From Rhizobacter sp. (GTDB lineage Bacteria; Pseudomonadota; Gammaproteobacteria; Burkholderiales; Burkholderiaceae_C), in assembly GCA_031363645.1 (NCBI GenBank), contig JANLUW010000084.1, forward strand, positions 1 through 42,766: a stretch of DNA of 42,766 bases. Reading direction: 5' to 3'. The position numbers were made by a program, and so were the translations under genes. This document shows, piece after piece, positions 1 through 8,974 of the stretch. The notes below the pieces were generated by a model that was not told the DNA's origin, did no database searches, and saw only the letters and a list, made by a program, of their open reading frames with translations. The first letter of the stretch is position 1, and each line of letters starts with the position of its first letter.

Positions 1-374
1 CGCGAACGACTGCAGTCCCCGTCTCTGACTTTTCAGTGGATTTGGCGAAGGTCAAGTTCCAAGGTGGAGCGGTCGGTCGCCGCGAAATCCGCCTCCGGCT
101 CCCTTGGGTCGAAAGCGGCCGGCGCGGCAATCTCTGCGAGCCGCAATGCGTGGTCTGTCGCAATGCTGACTTAGGCCTGGACGATTACCGCGACGGGTAA
201 TATTTTCCACTTTGAGACACTGCGCCGAACCTGCGTTTCTCGCCCTTAAACGCGCGACCTCCCAGGTCCAAACGGGGTAAGGAAACAGATGGGGGAACAG
301 ACACTCGTTACTAACTGTAGTCGTTCGGCTGGGCGCGCCTTGCAGTTAGCCATTCGAACTCCTCCAAGACCAAT

Positions 375-418
375 TCGAGCCGCTCGGCTTGTCTGAATCG
401 AGCCGCTAGGCTTGTCTG
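375..418. repeat. Tandem 21-bp direct repeat (period 23), each copy with an internal inverted repeat
   Basis: TCGAGCCGCTCGGCTTGTCTG (375-395) and TCGAGCCGCTAGGCTTGTCTG (398-418), 20/21 identical; core AGCC-N4-GGCT. Confidence 0.85.
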
Positions 419-456
419 GAAATTTACATTGGCTTCGATGGCGAGGAGTTGCCGCT

Positions 457-1371
457 TCAGCCAGTCTCAATGGCCTGCGGTGCGAGAAACGCCTCCTCTG
501 ACTGCTTCAGCAGCCCTCTGAGCAACGGTGGCTCGAAGCGCCTTTGCAGCGAGATGGCGAAGAAGGTTTCGTACAGGCCGGGAACCACCGCGTACTCCAC
601 CAGGCGCCCGCTGCGCAACTCGTCTTGCACCACGACGGTGGGCACGAGCGCCACGCTGTCGGAGTCGCGCGCCAACAGGCGCAGCAGCGCCATGTCGTCG
701 ACTTCGGCGCGCAGCTTGTAGCGCACGCCGTACTGCTCGCACAACAGGTCGAACGCGGCGCGGATGTCGTTGTCGCGGCCCGGCAGCAGCAGCGGCACTT
801 CGGCCAGCTCTTCGGGAAAGCGAAACGCTTTTCGGCGCGGTCGTGGCTTGCCGACGAGGCTCACCGGTTGGCGCGCGATGCGTCGGCAACGCCAAGGGTC
901 TTCGGCGCTGGCATGCACGCGCCGATTGGACAAGATCAAGTCGAGCGTGTGCACCCGCAACCGCCCCAACAGGTCGACGAGGTTGCCGGATTGCAAGATC
1001 AGCTCGACATCGTCGCGCTCCAGCAGCGGCCGGATGAAGTTCTCCTGAAAATTACGCGACAGGGTCGCGACCGCGCCGATGCGCAGCACCTGCCGTTCTT
1101 CTCGTCGACCTTCGCGCAACAGCGCCACGAGCTCGCTGCCCGAAGCGAAGATGGAGTCGGCATAGCCGAGCGCCAATTGCCCCGCCTCAGTGAGCTTGAG
1201 CGCGCGGCCCTCGCGCGCGAACAGCGGCTGCCCGAGCTGCTCTTCCAGCAACTTGATCTGCTTGGAAAGTGCCGACTGCGAGACATGCAGCTTTCCGGCA
1301 GCGCGCGTGAGGTTGCCGTCCTTCGCCACGGCCCAGAAATAGTGCAGGTGGTGAAAGTTTAGGCGGGACAT
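457..1371 (-). CDS. LysR-family transcriptional regulator, NhaR-like
   Basis: N-terminus MSRLNFHHLHYFWAVAKDGNLTRAA...SQSALSKQIKLLE is an NhaR-type LysR HTH; C-terminal EVDDMALLRLLA; start trimmed to ATG at 1371 (the upstream ORF extension overlaps cbbR). Confidence 0.88.
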   Translation of the reverse strand: MSRLNFHHLHYFWAVAKDGNLTRAAGKLHVSQSALSKQIKLLEEQLGQPLFAREGRALKLTEAGQLALGYADSIFASGSELVALLREGRREERQVLRIGAVATLSRNFQENFIRPLLERDDVELILQSGNLVDLLGRLRVHTLDLILSNRRVHASAEDPWRCRRIARQPVSLVGKPRPRRKAFRFPEELAEVPLLLPGRDNDIRAAFDLLCEQYGVRYKLRAEVDDMALLRLLARDSDSVALVPTVVVQDELRSGRLVEYAVVPGLYETFFAISLQRRFEPPLLRGLLKQSEEAFLAPQAIETG

Positions 1372-1426
1372 CGGCAACACGCTTCCTGCAGCGCACGCGA
1401 ACTCATGCAGCACTTCCCGCACCAAT

Positions 1427-2371
1427 TCACGCAGCACCTCGCGCCAACGTCTTGCGCCCCACCTTGCCGCTGGCCAGCGGTGCCGCCGGATCGAGCCGCA
1501 GCAGCAGGTCTCGAAACGTGCTGGCAGCAGTCGACAACCGTTTGTGCGTGCGGTGCAGCACATACCACTGGCGAACGATCGGAAAGCCTTCCACCGGCAA
1601 CACGACCAGACAGCCCGCCAGCAATTCGAGCTCGATGGTTTGTGCCGACACCACGCCCAGACCCAACCCGGCGCGCACCGCCTGCTTCAGCGCCTCGTTG
1701 GTGCCGAACTCGCACCCGGCCCGGTAGGCGATCTGATGCGATGCGAAGTGACGCTCCATCGCGGCGCGCGTGCCCGAGCCGGCCTCACGCACCACCAAAG
1801 TTTCTTCGGCCATGCGCTGCAGTGGCAGCACCTTCAGCGCCGCCAGCCGGTGCTCGGGCGCGGCGATGACGACCAGCGGGTTGTCCATGAAGTGCTGGGC
1901 GACGACATCTAGACTGTCCGGCGGCCTGCCGGTGATCGCCAGATCGGTGCTGTTGTCGGCCAGCGCAGCCAAAACGAACTCGCGGTTCGCCACCTGCAGG
2001 CTCACGCGCACACCGGGGTGCCGCCGGTTGAACTCGGCGATAAGGCTCGGCAAAAAGTAATTGGCCGTCGACACCACGGCCAGCCGCAGCACACCTCGTT
2101 CGAGGCCACGGAATTCGTCCATGGCGGTACGCAGGTCGACCATGCGCGCAGCGATGTCGCACGCGTGCCGTTGCAACTCGCGCCCGGCCTCGGTCACGAA
2201 CATGCGCTTGCCCAGCTGCTCGAGCAGCGGCAGTGAGACCTGCTCTTCCAGCTGCTTCATTTGCATCGAGACGGCCGGCTGGGTCAGGTGCAGTTCGGCA
2301 GCCGCCCGCGAGATCGAGCCGCAGCGCGCAACGGCTTCGAAACTCTTCAGGTGTCGCAAGGTGATGTGCAT
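1427..2371 (-). CDS. cbbR: CbbR-family LysR transcriptional regulator
   Basis: HITLRHL...LHLTQPAVSMQMKQLE HTH; CbbR/CmpR-type motifs VVSTANYF, GRPP, REAGSGTR, TNEALKQAV, FPIVRQWY; ATG at 2371. Confidence 0.85.
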   Translation of the reverse strand: MHITLRHLKSFEAVARCGSISRAAAELHLTQPAVSMQMKQLEEQVSLPLLEQLGKRMFVTEAGRELQRHACDIAARMVDLRTAMDEFRGLERGVLRLAVVSTANYFLPSLIAEFNRRHPGVRVSLQVANREFVLAALADNSTDLAITGRPPDSLDVVAQHFMDNPLVVIAAPEHRLAALKVLPLQRMAEETLVVREAGSGTRAAMERHFASHQIAYRAGCEFGTNEALKQAVRAGLGLGVVSAQTIELELLAGCLVVLPVEGFPIVRQWYVLHRTHKRLSTAASTFRDLLLRLDPAAPLASGKVGRKTLARGAA

Positions 2372-2437
2372 GTCGTCGGGTGGCAGTCGTTGCGCGCCGC
2401 GGATCGTAGCAACCCGCCGGTGTGGCCGGGCCATCGT

Positions 2438-2477
2438 TCACTTGAATTCATGCAAATGTTCGGATCAATGTATTTTA
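2438..2477. promoter_or_regulatory. Putative LysR/CbbR binding sites in the cbbR-dabB divergent region
   Basis: AT-rich patch with two TNA-N7-TNA (T-N11-A) motifs: TCA-cttgaat-TCA (2438-2450) and TCA-atgtatt-TTA (2465-2477). Confidence 0.55.
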
Positions 2478-2532
2478 CGGTAACGCGGATTGCGGCCACA
2501 GTCACGTCCACCACGTACACCGAGGACCCACG

Positions 2533-4218
2533 ATGACGCCTCTGCTGACCGACATGCCGCCGCTGCGTACCGCACTTTTGTACTTGATCCCCGTGGGCTA
2601 CGCCCTGGTTGGGCTGGCCGCGGGGTCGATCGCGAGAACGCCGCAGGCGGGCTGGCGGCTCGCGCGCAGTGGCGCGTCGCTCGCCGTTTTCGCGGCGCTG
2701 ACGTCACTGGTCTGGCTGCTGGTGGAGGGTGGGGCGCTGGCACGCGGGTCTGCGCTGTTCGCGCTCGGCGATGCCGGCAGCGTGCACATGAGCCTGCGCA
2801 GCGATGCACTTGGCGGCACGATGCTGCTGCTGGTGAGCTTCATCGGCTGGGTCATCGTGGGGTACTCGCAGCCCTATCTCCACGGCGAGCGCGGGCAGCC
2901 GCGCTACATCCGGTGCCTGATGCTGACGCTGGCCGCAGTCTCGCTGCTGGTGCTGACGAACAACTTGCTGGTGTTGGCGCTGGCCTGGGTCGGCACCAGC
3001 CTGGCCTTGCACGGCCTGCTCACTTTTTTCGACCGGCGGCCGCAAGCGCTGATCGCCGCCCACAAGAAGTTCCTCGCCAGCCGCGTGGCCGATTTGTTCC
3101 TGCTCGGCGGCTTCGCGCTGTTGGGCACGACGCTCGGCACGCTCGAGATCGACCGGGCCATCGCCGCTGCGCAGGCGCTGCAAAGCAAACCGGCAGCGCT
3201 GCAAATTGCCGCGCTGCTGATCGCTGCCAGCGCGCTATTGAAGTGCGCGCAGCTGCCGGTGCATGGTTGGTTGATTCAAGTGATGGAAGCGCCGACGCCG
3301 GTGTCGGCGCTGCTGCACGCCGGTGTCGTCAACCTCGGCGGCTTCTTGCTCATTCGCATGGGCACGCTTGTGGCCGATGTGCCGGCGGCGCAGGCGCTGC
3401 TCGTTGTGATCGGCAGTGTCACCGCTGTGGTGGCGGCGCTGGTGATGACGACGCGCATCAGCATCAAGGTGGCGCTGGCCTGGTCCACCTGCGCGCAGAT
3501 GGGTTTCATGATGATGCAGTGCGGCCTCGGCCTGCACGACTTGGCATTGCTGCACCTCGTGGCGCACTCGCTGTACAAGGCGCACGCCTTTCTCGGCGCC
3601 GGTGGTGCGGTCGAACAAAACCGGCTGCGGCAGATGACGCTGCCGGAAGCGCCGCTGCGGCCAAGCATGTGGCTGCTCAGCGGCCTTGCAGGCGCGGTGC
3701 TGGTGGGCGGCGCGGCGCTGTCGTGGGGCATTCGGCCGGCCGAGGCGCCGGCGCTTTGGGCCCTTGCCGGCGTTTTGGCGTTGGCACTGACGCCACTTCT
3801 GGCGGGCTCGATGTCGCGGGCCGATGGGTTGCGGCGCGGGGGTTCGCTGGTCGGCACATTCACAGTGGCGTCATTGGTGGCGTTTTCCGTGGCGCTCGTC
3901 TACTTCGGCCTGCATGTCGTCAGCAGCCGCTGGCTCGGCACACAGGCCATGGGCGGGCCGCCGTCGTTCGCACTCGTCGCTTGGGTGCTCGGGTGCTTCG
4001 GTGCACTCTTCGTGGTGCAGGGCGCGGTGCGTGTGTGGCCGCAGGGCGCAATCGCGCGGAGGCTGTACCCATGGTTGTTCGCCGGGCTCTACCTCGATGA
4101 ACTCTTCACACGGCTGACCTTTCGCGTGTGGCCGGCGCGCCTGCCACTCGCCGCAGCAACCCCGACCGCACCCGCGCTGGCAGCGGAATCCGCAACGCGC
4201 GCCACAGGAGCCCTTTGA
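2533..4218 (+). CDS. dabB: DabB, NuoL/ND5-like membrane subunit of the DAB inorganic carbon transporter
   Basis: Very hydrophobic 561 aa; KCAQLPVHGWLIQVMEAPTPVSALLHAG, STCAQMGFM and HLVAHSLYKAHAFL motifs; stop overlaps the dabA start (TGATG). Confidence 0.93.
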   Translation: MTPLLTDMPPLRTALLYLIPVGYALVGLAAGSIARTPQAGWRLARSGASLAVFAALTSLVWLLVEGGALARGSALFALGDAGSVHMSLRSDALGGTMLLLVSFIGWVIVGYSQPYLHGERGQPRYIRCLMLTLAAVSLLVLTNNLLVLALAWVGTSLALHGLLTFFDRRPQALIAAHKKFLASRVADLFLLGGFALLGTTLGTLEIDRAIAAAQALQSKPAALQIAALLIAASALLKCAQLPVHGWLIQVMEAPTPVSALLHAGVVNLGGFLLIRMGTLVADVPAAQALLVVIGSVTAVVAALVMTTRISIKVALAWSTCAQMGFMMMQCGLGLHDLALLHLVAHSLYKAHAFLGAGGAVEQNRLRQMTLPEAPLRPSMWLLSGLAGAVLVGGAALSWGIRPAEAPALWALAGVLALALTPLLAGSMSRADGLRRGGSLVGTFTVASLVAFSVALVYFGLHVVSSRWLGTQAMGGPPSFALVAWVLGCFGALFVVQGAVRVWPQGAIARRLYPWLFAGLYLDELFTRLTFRVWPARLPLAAATPTAPALAAESATRATGAL

Positions 4219-6707
4219 TGAACATCGCCGCCGAAGCCTCCATCGCGTCCGAGACCAGCCTCGACGCCGCCCTCGACGCAGCCATCACCGCCGCGTGCGC
4301 ACGCATCGCGCCCACCTGGCCGCTCGACCGCTTTATCGCCGTCAACCCTTATTGGGGCCAACTCGAACGGCCGATCGCTGCCGCTGCCGCGCAGATGGCG
4401 GCGCTGTCGGGCAGCCCGCTGCTGATGACGCGCCCGTGGTTTCGCGCCGAGTGGAACGCCGGCCGCATCGGTCGCGAGCACCTGCAGGCGGCCATCGACG
4501 CTGCGGGCGCCGACTGCACGGTCGACGAACTGATCACTGCGCTGCCCGCCGCATCGGGCACGCCCAGCCGGCTGCCGCTGGCCACCGACCTGGTCGACTC
4601 GCAGCGTGATCTCGGTCATGCGATGGCCTGGCGCGACTACGTCACCCACCATGTCAGCCAGTGCTGTGCGGCCTACTTCGACAACGGCCAGGCCGCTTGG
4701 GGCCCCGACCGGGCCGGCGGCCTGTACCCGAGCTGGTTGCGCCAGTCGGCACACGACTTCGGCCCCGCCATGTTGATGGGCGACGCCGGCTTCACGCGCC
4801 GCCTCGCCGGCCTGCCCGGTGAGCCGCGAGCGCTGATCGCCGCCGCACTGCGCGCGCTCCGCGTGCCCGAAGCAGCGCGTGAAGCATATTGCACCGCGCT
4901 GCTGATGAGCATCAACGGCTGGGCCTCGTGGTGCGCCTATGAGCGCTGGCAAGCGCGCCTTGAGCAGGGCGACGACGCGCAGATCGTGCACCTTCTCGCG
5001 GTGCGCATGGCCTGGGAGTGGCTGCTCGACGAAGGCCACCCCGACGCCCGCGTGGCCGATGGCCTGCAGGCCACATGGCGCGACTGCGACGCCACGTTCG
5101 CCCGCCTCGAGCGCGCCTCGAGGCACGACTGGCTGTGGCAAGCCGCACTCGAGCGCAGCTACCAGGCGCCGCTGTGCCGCGGCCTGATGGCCGCGCCGCT
5201 GCCAGCCGCTGCGGCCACGGTTCCGGCCGTTCAGGCGGTGTTCTGCATCGACGTGCGTTCCGAGGTCTACCGGCGGGCGCTCGAGGCCAGCAGCGCGGCT
5301 GTGCAGACGCTCGGCTTCGCCGGCTTCTTCGCGATGTTCGTCGGTTACCGCCCGCTCGGCACCGAAATGCAGCGCCCGCAGTTGCCCGGCTTGATGGCGC
5401 CCGCGCTGTGTGTCACCGATGAATGCGACGCCCCGGCGCTCGGCGAAGTTTTGGTGCAGCGGCGCCGCCAGCAGCTGCAATGGCGCCAGCGCTGGCAAGC
5501 CTTTCGTGGCGGCGCCGGTTCGGGTTTTTCGTTCGTCGAGTCGTGCGGCCTGCTGTATGCCGGCAAGCTGTTGAAGCAGCGCCTGGGTGGCACCTTGCCG
5601 ACCGGAAGCGTCGAGCAAACCGGGCTGACGGCCGACGACCGCGCCCGATTGCGCCCGCGCCTGCCGGCCATCGACTCGCCCGGCAGCCCGACGCTCGATG
5701 CACGCTGCACCATGGCCGCCACCGCCTTGGACGCGATGGGTTTGGCGCACCGGCTGGCGCGGCTGGTGCTGCTGGCCGGCCACGGCAGCCAGAGCACGAA
5801 CAACCCGCACGCGGCGGGCCTGGACTGCGGCGCCTGTGGCGGCCAGACCGGCGAGGTCAACGCCCGCGTGCTGGCCCAACTGCTGAACGACGCGGCCGTG
5901 CGCCAGGGCCTGCAGGCACGCGGCATCGCAGTGCCCGAGGCCACGGTCTTCTTGGCCGGCCTGCACAACACCACCACCGACGACTTGGTGCTGTACGACA
6001 CCGATCTATTGCCTGCAAGCCACGCGCCGGACCTCGACGCCTTGCGCGGCTGGCTCGCCGATGCGGGCAGGCGCGCGCGCGCCGAGCGGGCCGCGGCGCT
6101 CGGCCTCGCGGCGGTGGCCGATGACGCCAGCGCCTTGCACGCCGCATTGCAGTCACGCAGCGCCGACTGGGCGCAAACGCGCCCCGAGTGGGGCCTGGCC
6201 GACTGCGCCAGTTTTATCGTCGCCCCACGCAGCCGCAGCTGCCACCTGAACCTCGGCGGGCGCAGCTTTCTGCACGACTACGCGTGGCAGCGAGACGCGG
6301 GCTTCAAAGTACTCGAGTTGGTGATGACCGCGCCGATGGTGGTGACGAACTGGATCAACCTGCAGTACCACGCCTCGGTGGTCGACCCGCAGCGCTACGG
6401 CAGCGGCAACAAGGTGCTGCACAACGTGGTGGGCGGCCACATCGGCGTTTTCGAGGGCAACGGCGGCGACCTGCGCATCGGGCTGCCGTTGCAGTCGGTG
6501 CACGACGGCGAGCACTGGCGCCACACGCCGCTGCGGTTGAGTGTTTTCATCCAGGCGCCACAGGAGCCGGTCGATCGGATCATCGCGGCGCACACCACCG
6601 TGCGGCACTTGATCGACAACGCGTGGCTGCACGTGTTCCGGCTCGACGACGAGGCCGGGTGCTGGCGGCTCATCCCTGGCGGTGGCTGGGAGCCCGTGAA
6701 GGGCTGA
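4218..6707 (+). CDS. dabA: DabA (DUF2309/UPF0753), beta-carbonic-anhydrase-like Zn subunit of the DAB transporter
   Basis: IAPTWPLDRFIAVNP, FCIDVRSE, GHGS, LDCGACGG (Cys/Asp/His/Cys Zn ligands), RPEWGLA, GRSFLHDY, GSGNKVLHNV; AGGAG RBS before ATG 4218. Confidence 0.95.
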   Translation: MNIAAEASIASETSLDAALDAAITAACARIAPTWPLDRFIAVNPYWGQLERPIAAAAAQMAALSGSPLLMTRPWFRAEWNAGRIGREHLQAAIDAAGADCTVDELITALPAASGTPSRLPLATDLVDSQRDLGHAMAWRDYVTHHVSQCCAAYFDNGQAAWGPDRAGGLYPSWLRQSAHDFGPAMLMGDAGFTRRLAGLPGEPRALIAAALRALRVPEAAREAYCTALLMSINGWASWCAYERWQARLEQGDDAQIVHLLAVRMAWEWLLDEGHPDARVADGLQATWRDCDATFARLERASRHDWLWQAALERSYQAPLCRGLMAAPLPAAAATVPAVQAVFCIDVRSEVYRRALEASSAAVQTLGFAGFFAMFVGYRPLGTEMQRPQLPGLMAPALCVTDECDAPALGEVLVQRRRQQLQWRQRWQAFRGGAGSGFSFVESCGLLYAGKLLKQRLGGTLPTGSVEQTGLTADDRARLRPRLPAIDSPGSPTLDARCTMAATALDAMGLAHRLARLVLLAGHGSQSTNNPHAAGLDCGACGGQTGEVNARVLAQLLNDAAVRQGLQARGIAVPEATVFLAGLHNTTTDDLVLYDTDLLPASHAPDLDALRGWLADAGRRARAERAAALGLAAVADDASALHAALQSRSADWAQTRPEWGLADCASFIVAPRSRSCHLNLGGRSFLHDYAWQRDAGFKVLELVMTAPMVVTNWINLQYHASVVDPQRYGSGNKVLHNVVGGHIGVFEGNGGDLRIGLPLQSVHDGEHWRHTPLRLSVFIQAPQEPVDRIIAAHTTVRHLIDNAWLHVFRLDDEAGCWRLIPGGGWEPVKG

Positions 6708-6721
6708 AGCTGGCGACGCTG

Positions 6722-7561
6722 CTATGCCAGCGTGGCTGTGGCCAGCAGCGCAACGCTGCCGTCGGGTCCCTGCGCCTGCAAGTCCACTGTGTCGAGGCCG
6801 AGCGTGGCCATCAAGCGCACCGGCCCCAGATCGAACAGCGGCGCCACGCCGCGAAAGTTGAATGCAGACACCGGCCGGGGCGTGGACTGCCGCACCAGTT
6901 GCAGCAACAGCATCGCGGTCAGCGGCCCGTGCACCACGAGACCCGGATAGCCTTCGACCTCCACGGCGTAGACGCGGTCGTAGTGAATGCGGTGGGCGTT
7001 GAAAGTCAGCGCCGAGAAGCGAAACAGCAGCCGCGTGTCGGGCTGCAGCGTGCGTGACCAGCAGCCGGAGGGCGGCGGCGGCAGCACCGCTTGCACCGGC
7101 GCCGCAACGGCCGCGCCGGGCTCTCGATAGACGATGTCCTGCTCCTCTTCTAGGCACAGCACGCCGTCCTGCATGAAGCGATAGCCGACGGTGACAAAAG
7201 CCAGCGCGCCGCTTTTGCCCGCCTTCATCACCACGTCGCGGATCACGCCTTCGCGCAGCGCCGGCACCCCCGCGCGCAACAACCGGTGCACCTGCATGCG
7301 GGCGCCCGCGAACATGCGGCGCGGGTACGGAATCGGCGGCAGGAACCCACCGCGCTGCGGGTGACCGTCGGCGTCGAGCATGGCTTGCGGCGCGCGCGGC
7401 AAAAAGTAGAACCAATGCCACGGCAGCGGCAATGCGTCGCCCTCGGCGATCGGCGCGCCCGGCTCGTCGAGCATCGCTTGCGCGGCCTGCGCTTGCACCC
7501 GACACAGCGGGTCGTGAACCTGCTCCGTGCGGCCGATCCATTTCGAGAAGTCAGTTTCCAT
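6722..7561 (-). CDS. meh: Mesaconyl-C4-CoA hydratase (double hot-dog, Meh/Ich/HTD2 family)
   Basis: WHWFYFLPRAPQ, DGHPQRGGFLPPIPYPRRMFAG, EEEQDIVYREP, FRFSALTFNAHRIHYD, GLVVHGPL; closely matches my recollection of Chloroflexus Meh; 3-HP gene context. Confidence 0.88.
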   Translation of the reverse strand: METDFSKWIGRTEQVHDPLCRVQAQAAQAMLDEPGAPIAEGDALPLPWHWFYFLPRAPQAMLDADGHPQRGGFLPPIPYPRRMFAGARMQVHRLLRAGVPALREGVIRDVVMKAGKSGALAFVTVGYRFMQDGVLCLEEEQDIVYREPGAAVAAPVQAVLPPPPSGCWSRTLQPDTRLLFRFSALTFNAHRIHYDRVYAVEVEGYPGLVVHGPLTAMLLLQLVRQSTPRPVSAFNFRGVAPLFDLGPVRLMATLGLDTVDLQAQGPDGSVALLATATLA

Positions 7562-7581
7562 AAGCAATTCCGATGTTGGCT

Positions 7582-7659
7582 TCAGAAAGTCTGCGGATTT
7601 GCGCGGGAATCCACCCGGCCGCCTGCAAGGTAAGCAAATTTAACCTTAAGACTTCCGAA
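7582..7659. promoter_or_regulatory. Putative CbbR-type operator array in the meh/smtA divergent promoter
   Basis: AAGG-TAA-gcaaatt-TAA-CCTT (7627-7647): a TNA-N7-TNA box flanked by a perfect inverted repeat; adjacent T-N11-A TAA-gacttcc-GAA (7647-7659); upstream CAGA-aag-TCTG dyad (7583-7593). Confidence 0.6.
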
Positions 7660-7715
7660 ATCGAGCGCCACACGGCCCTGCCGACAACATCACCACCAAC
7701 GCACCGAGACCGACT

Positions 7716-8960
7716 TTGACAGCCACCCGCCCACAGCTCGATACGCGTTCCACCATTGCCAGTGCCTGCGCGCTCGAAGGCGTCCGCGTCATCGACGTCG
7801 GCAACTTCCTGGCCGGGCCTTACGCGGCCACGCTCCTGGGCGAGTTCGGCGCCGAGGTGATCAAGGTCGAGCACCCCGATGGTGGCGACCCGATGCGCCG
7901 CTTCGGCACCGCAACGGCGGAGCCCGATGCCACGCTCGCGTGGCTGAGCGAAAGCCGCAACAAGAAGTCGATCACCTGCGACCTGCTGCAGGCCGAAGGC
8001 GTGGCGCTGTTCCTCAAACTGGTCGCGAAATCCGATGTGCTGGTCGAGAACTTTCGCCCCGGCACGATGGAAAGCTGGGGCCTGACGTGGGACGTGCTGC
8101 ACGCGGTGAATCCGAAGCTCGTGATGCTGCGCGTCACTGGCTACGGCCAGACCGGGCCGTACCGCCGCCGCTTGGGTTTCGCGCACATCGCCCAGGCCTT
8201 CGGCGGCCTGAACTACCTGGCGGGCTACCCGGGCGAAACGCCGGTGCTGCCGGGCACCGTGCCGCTCGGTGACTACATCGCCAGCTTGTTCGGTGCCGTT
8301 GGCGTGATGATCGCGCTGCGGCACGCCGAGCACACCGGGCGCGGCCAGGTCATCGATGTCGGCATCTACGAAGCGGTGTTCCGCGTTCTTGAAGAAATCG
8401 CCGCCTCGTACGGCCTGCACGGCACGGTGCGCGAGCGTGAAGGTTCAGGCAGCTTCGTGGCCTGCCCGCACGGCCACTTTCGCAGCAGCAACGGCAAGTG
8501 GATCGCCATCGCCTGCACCACCGACAAGATGTTCGAGCGCTTGGCGCTCGCGATGGGCCGCCCCGAGCTGGCGTCGGCCGAGATGTACGGTCCCCAGCAC
8601 AAGCGCCTGAAGGCGCGCGCCGAGGTCAATCGCATCGTCACCGAATGGGTGGGCGCCCACGACCGTACCGAGGTGCTCGAGAAGTGCCTGGCCGAAGAAG
8701 TGCCGGCCGGCAAGGTAAATTCAATTGCCGACATCTTTGCCGACGAACACTTCCAGGCGCGTGGCAATTTGGCCCGGGTGCGGGCCGGTGACCTGGGCGA
8801 GGTGGTCGTGCCCGGCGTGGTGCCGCGGCTATCGGCCACACCGGGGCGCATCGATCACCTCGGTCCGACGCTGGGCAATGCCAATGCCGATGTGCTGGGC
8901 GGCCTGCTGGGCTTGCAGGCCGAAGAAATCCGCCGGCTGCGCCAGCAGCGGGTCGTCTGA
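7716..8960 (+). CDS. smtA: Succinyl-CoA:(S)-malate/(S)-citramalate CoA-transferase subunit A (family III)
   Basis: CaiB/BaiF fold: [49 protein letters not shown]; matches recalled Chloroflexus SmtA; start is TTG and its position is uncertain. Confidence 0.88.
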   Translation: MTATRPQLDTRSTIASACALEGVRVIDVGNFLAGPYAATLLGEFGAEVIKVEHPDGGDPMRRFGTATAEPDATLAWLSESRNKKSITCDLLQAEGVALFLKLVAKSDVLVENFRPGTMESWGLTWDVLHAVNPKLVMLRVTGYGQTGPYRRRLGFAHIAQAFGGLNYLAGYPGETPVLPGTVPLGDYIASLFGAVGVMIALRHAEHTGRGQVIDVGIYEAVFRVLEEIAASYGLHGTVREREGSGSFVACPHGHFRSSNGKWIAIACTTDKMFERLALAMGRPELASAEMYGPQHKRLKARAEVNRIVTEWVGAHDRTEVLEKCLAEEVPAGKVNSIADIFADEHFQARGNLARVRAGDLGEVVVPGVVPRLSATPGRIDHLGPTLGNANADVLGGLLGLQAEEIRRLRQQRVV

Positions 8961-8974
8961 AAAGAGCTCCCCCG

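Noticed and set aside
375-418. Possible mini-CRISPR array
   Set aside because: Only two copies, a 2-bp spacer and no cas genes.
246-470. 74-aa ORF downstream of the NhaR-like LysR
   Set aside because: Overlaps the LysR stop, spans the tandem repeat, and has no RBS or motif support.
2533-4218. Annotating dabB as NADH dehydrogenase subunit L or MrpA
   Set aside because: No other nuo or mrp genes are present, and it is translationally coupled to a DUF2309 protein, which defines DAB.
6709-6731. GCTGGC-N11-GCCAGC hairpin between the convergent dabA and meh genes as a terminator
   Set aside because: Short stem, large loop and no U-tract on either strand; plausible by chance at this GC content.
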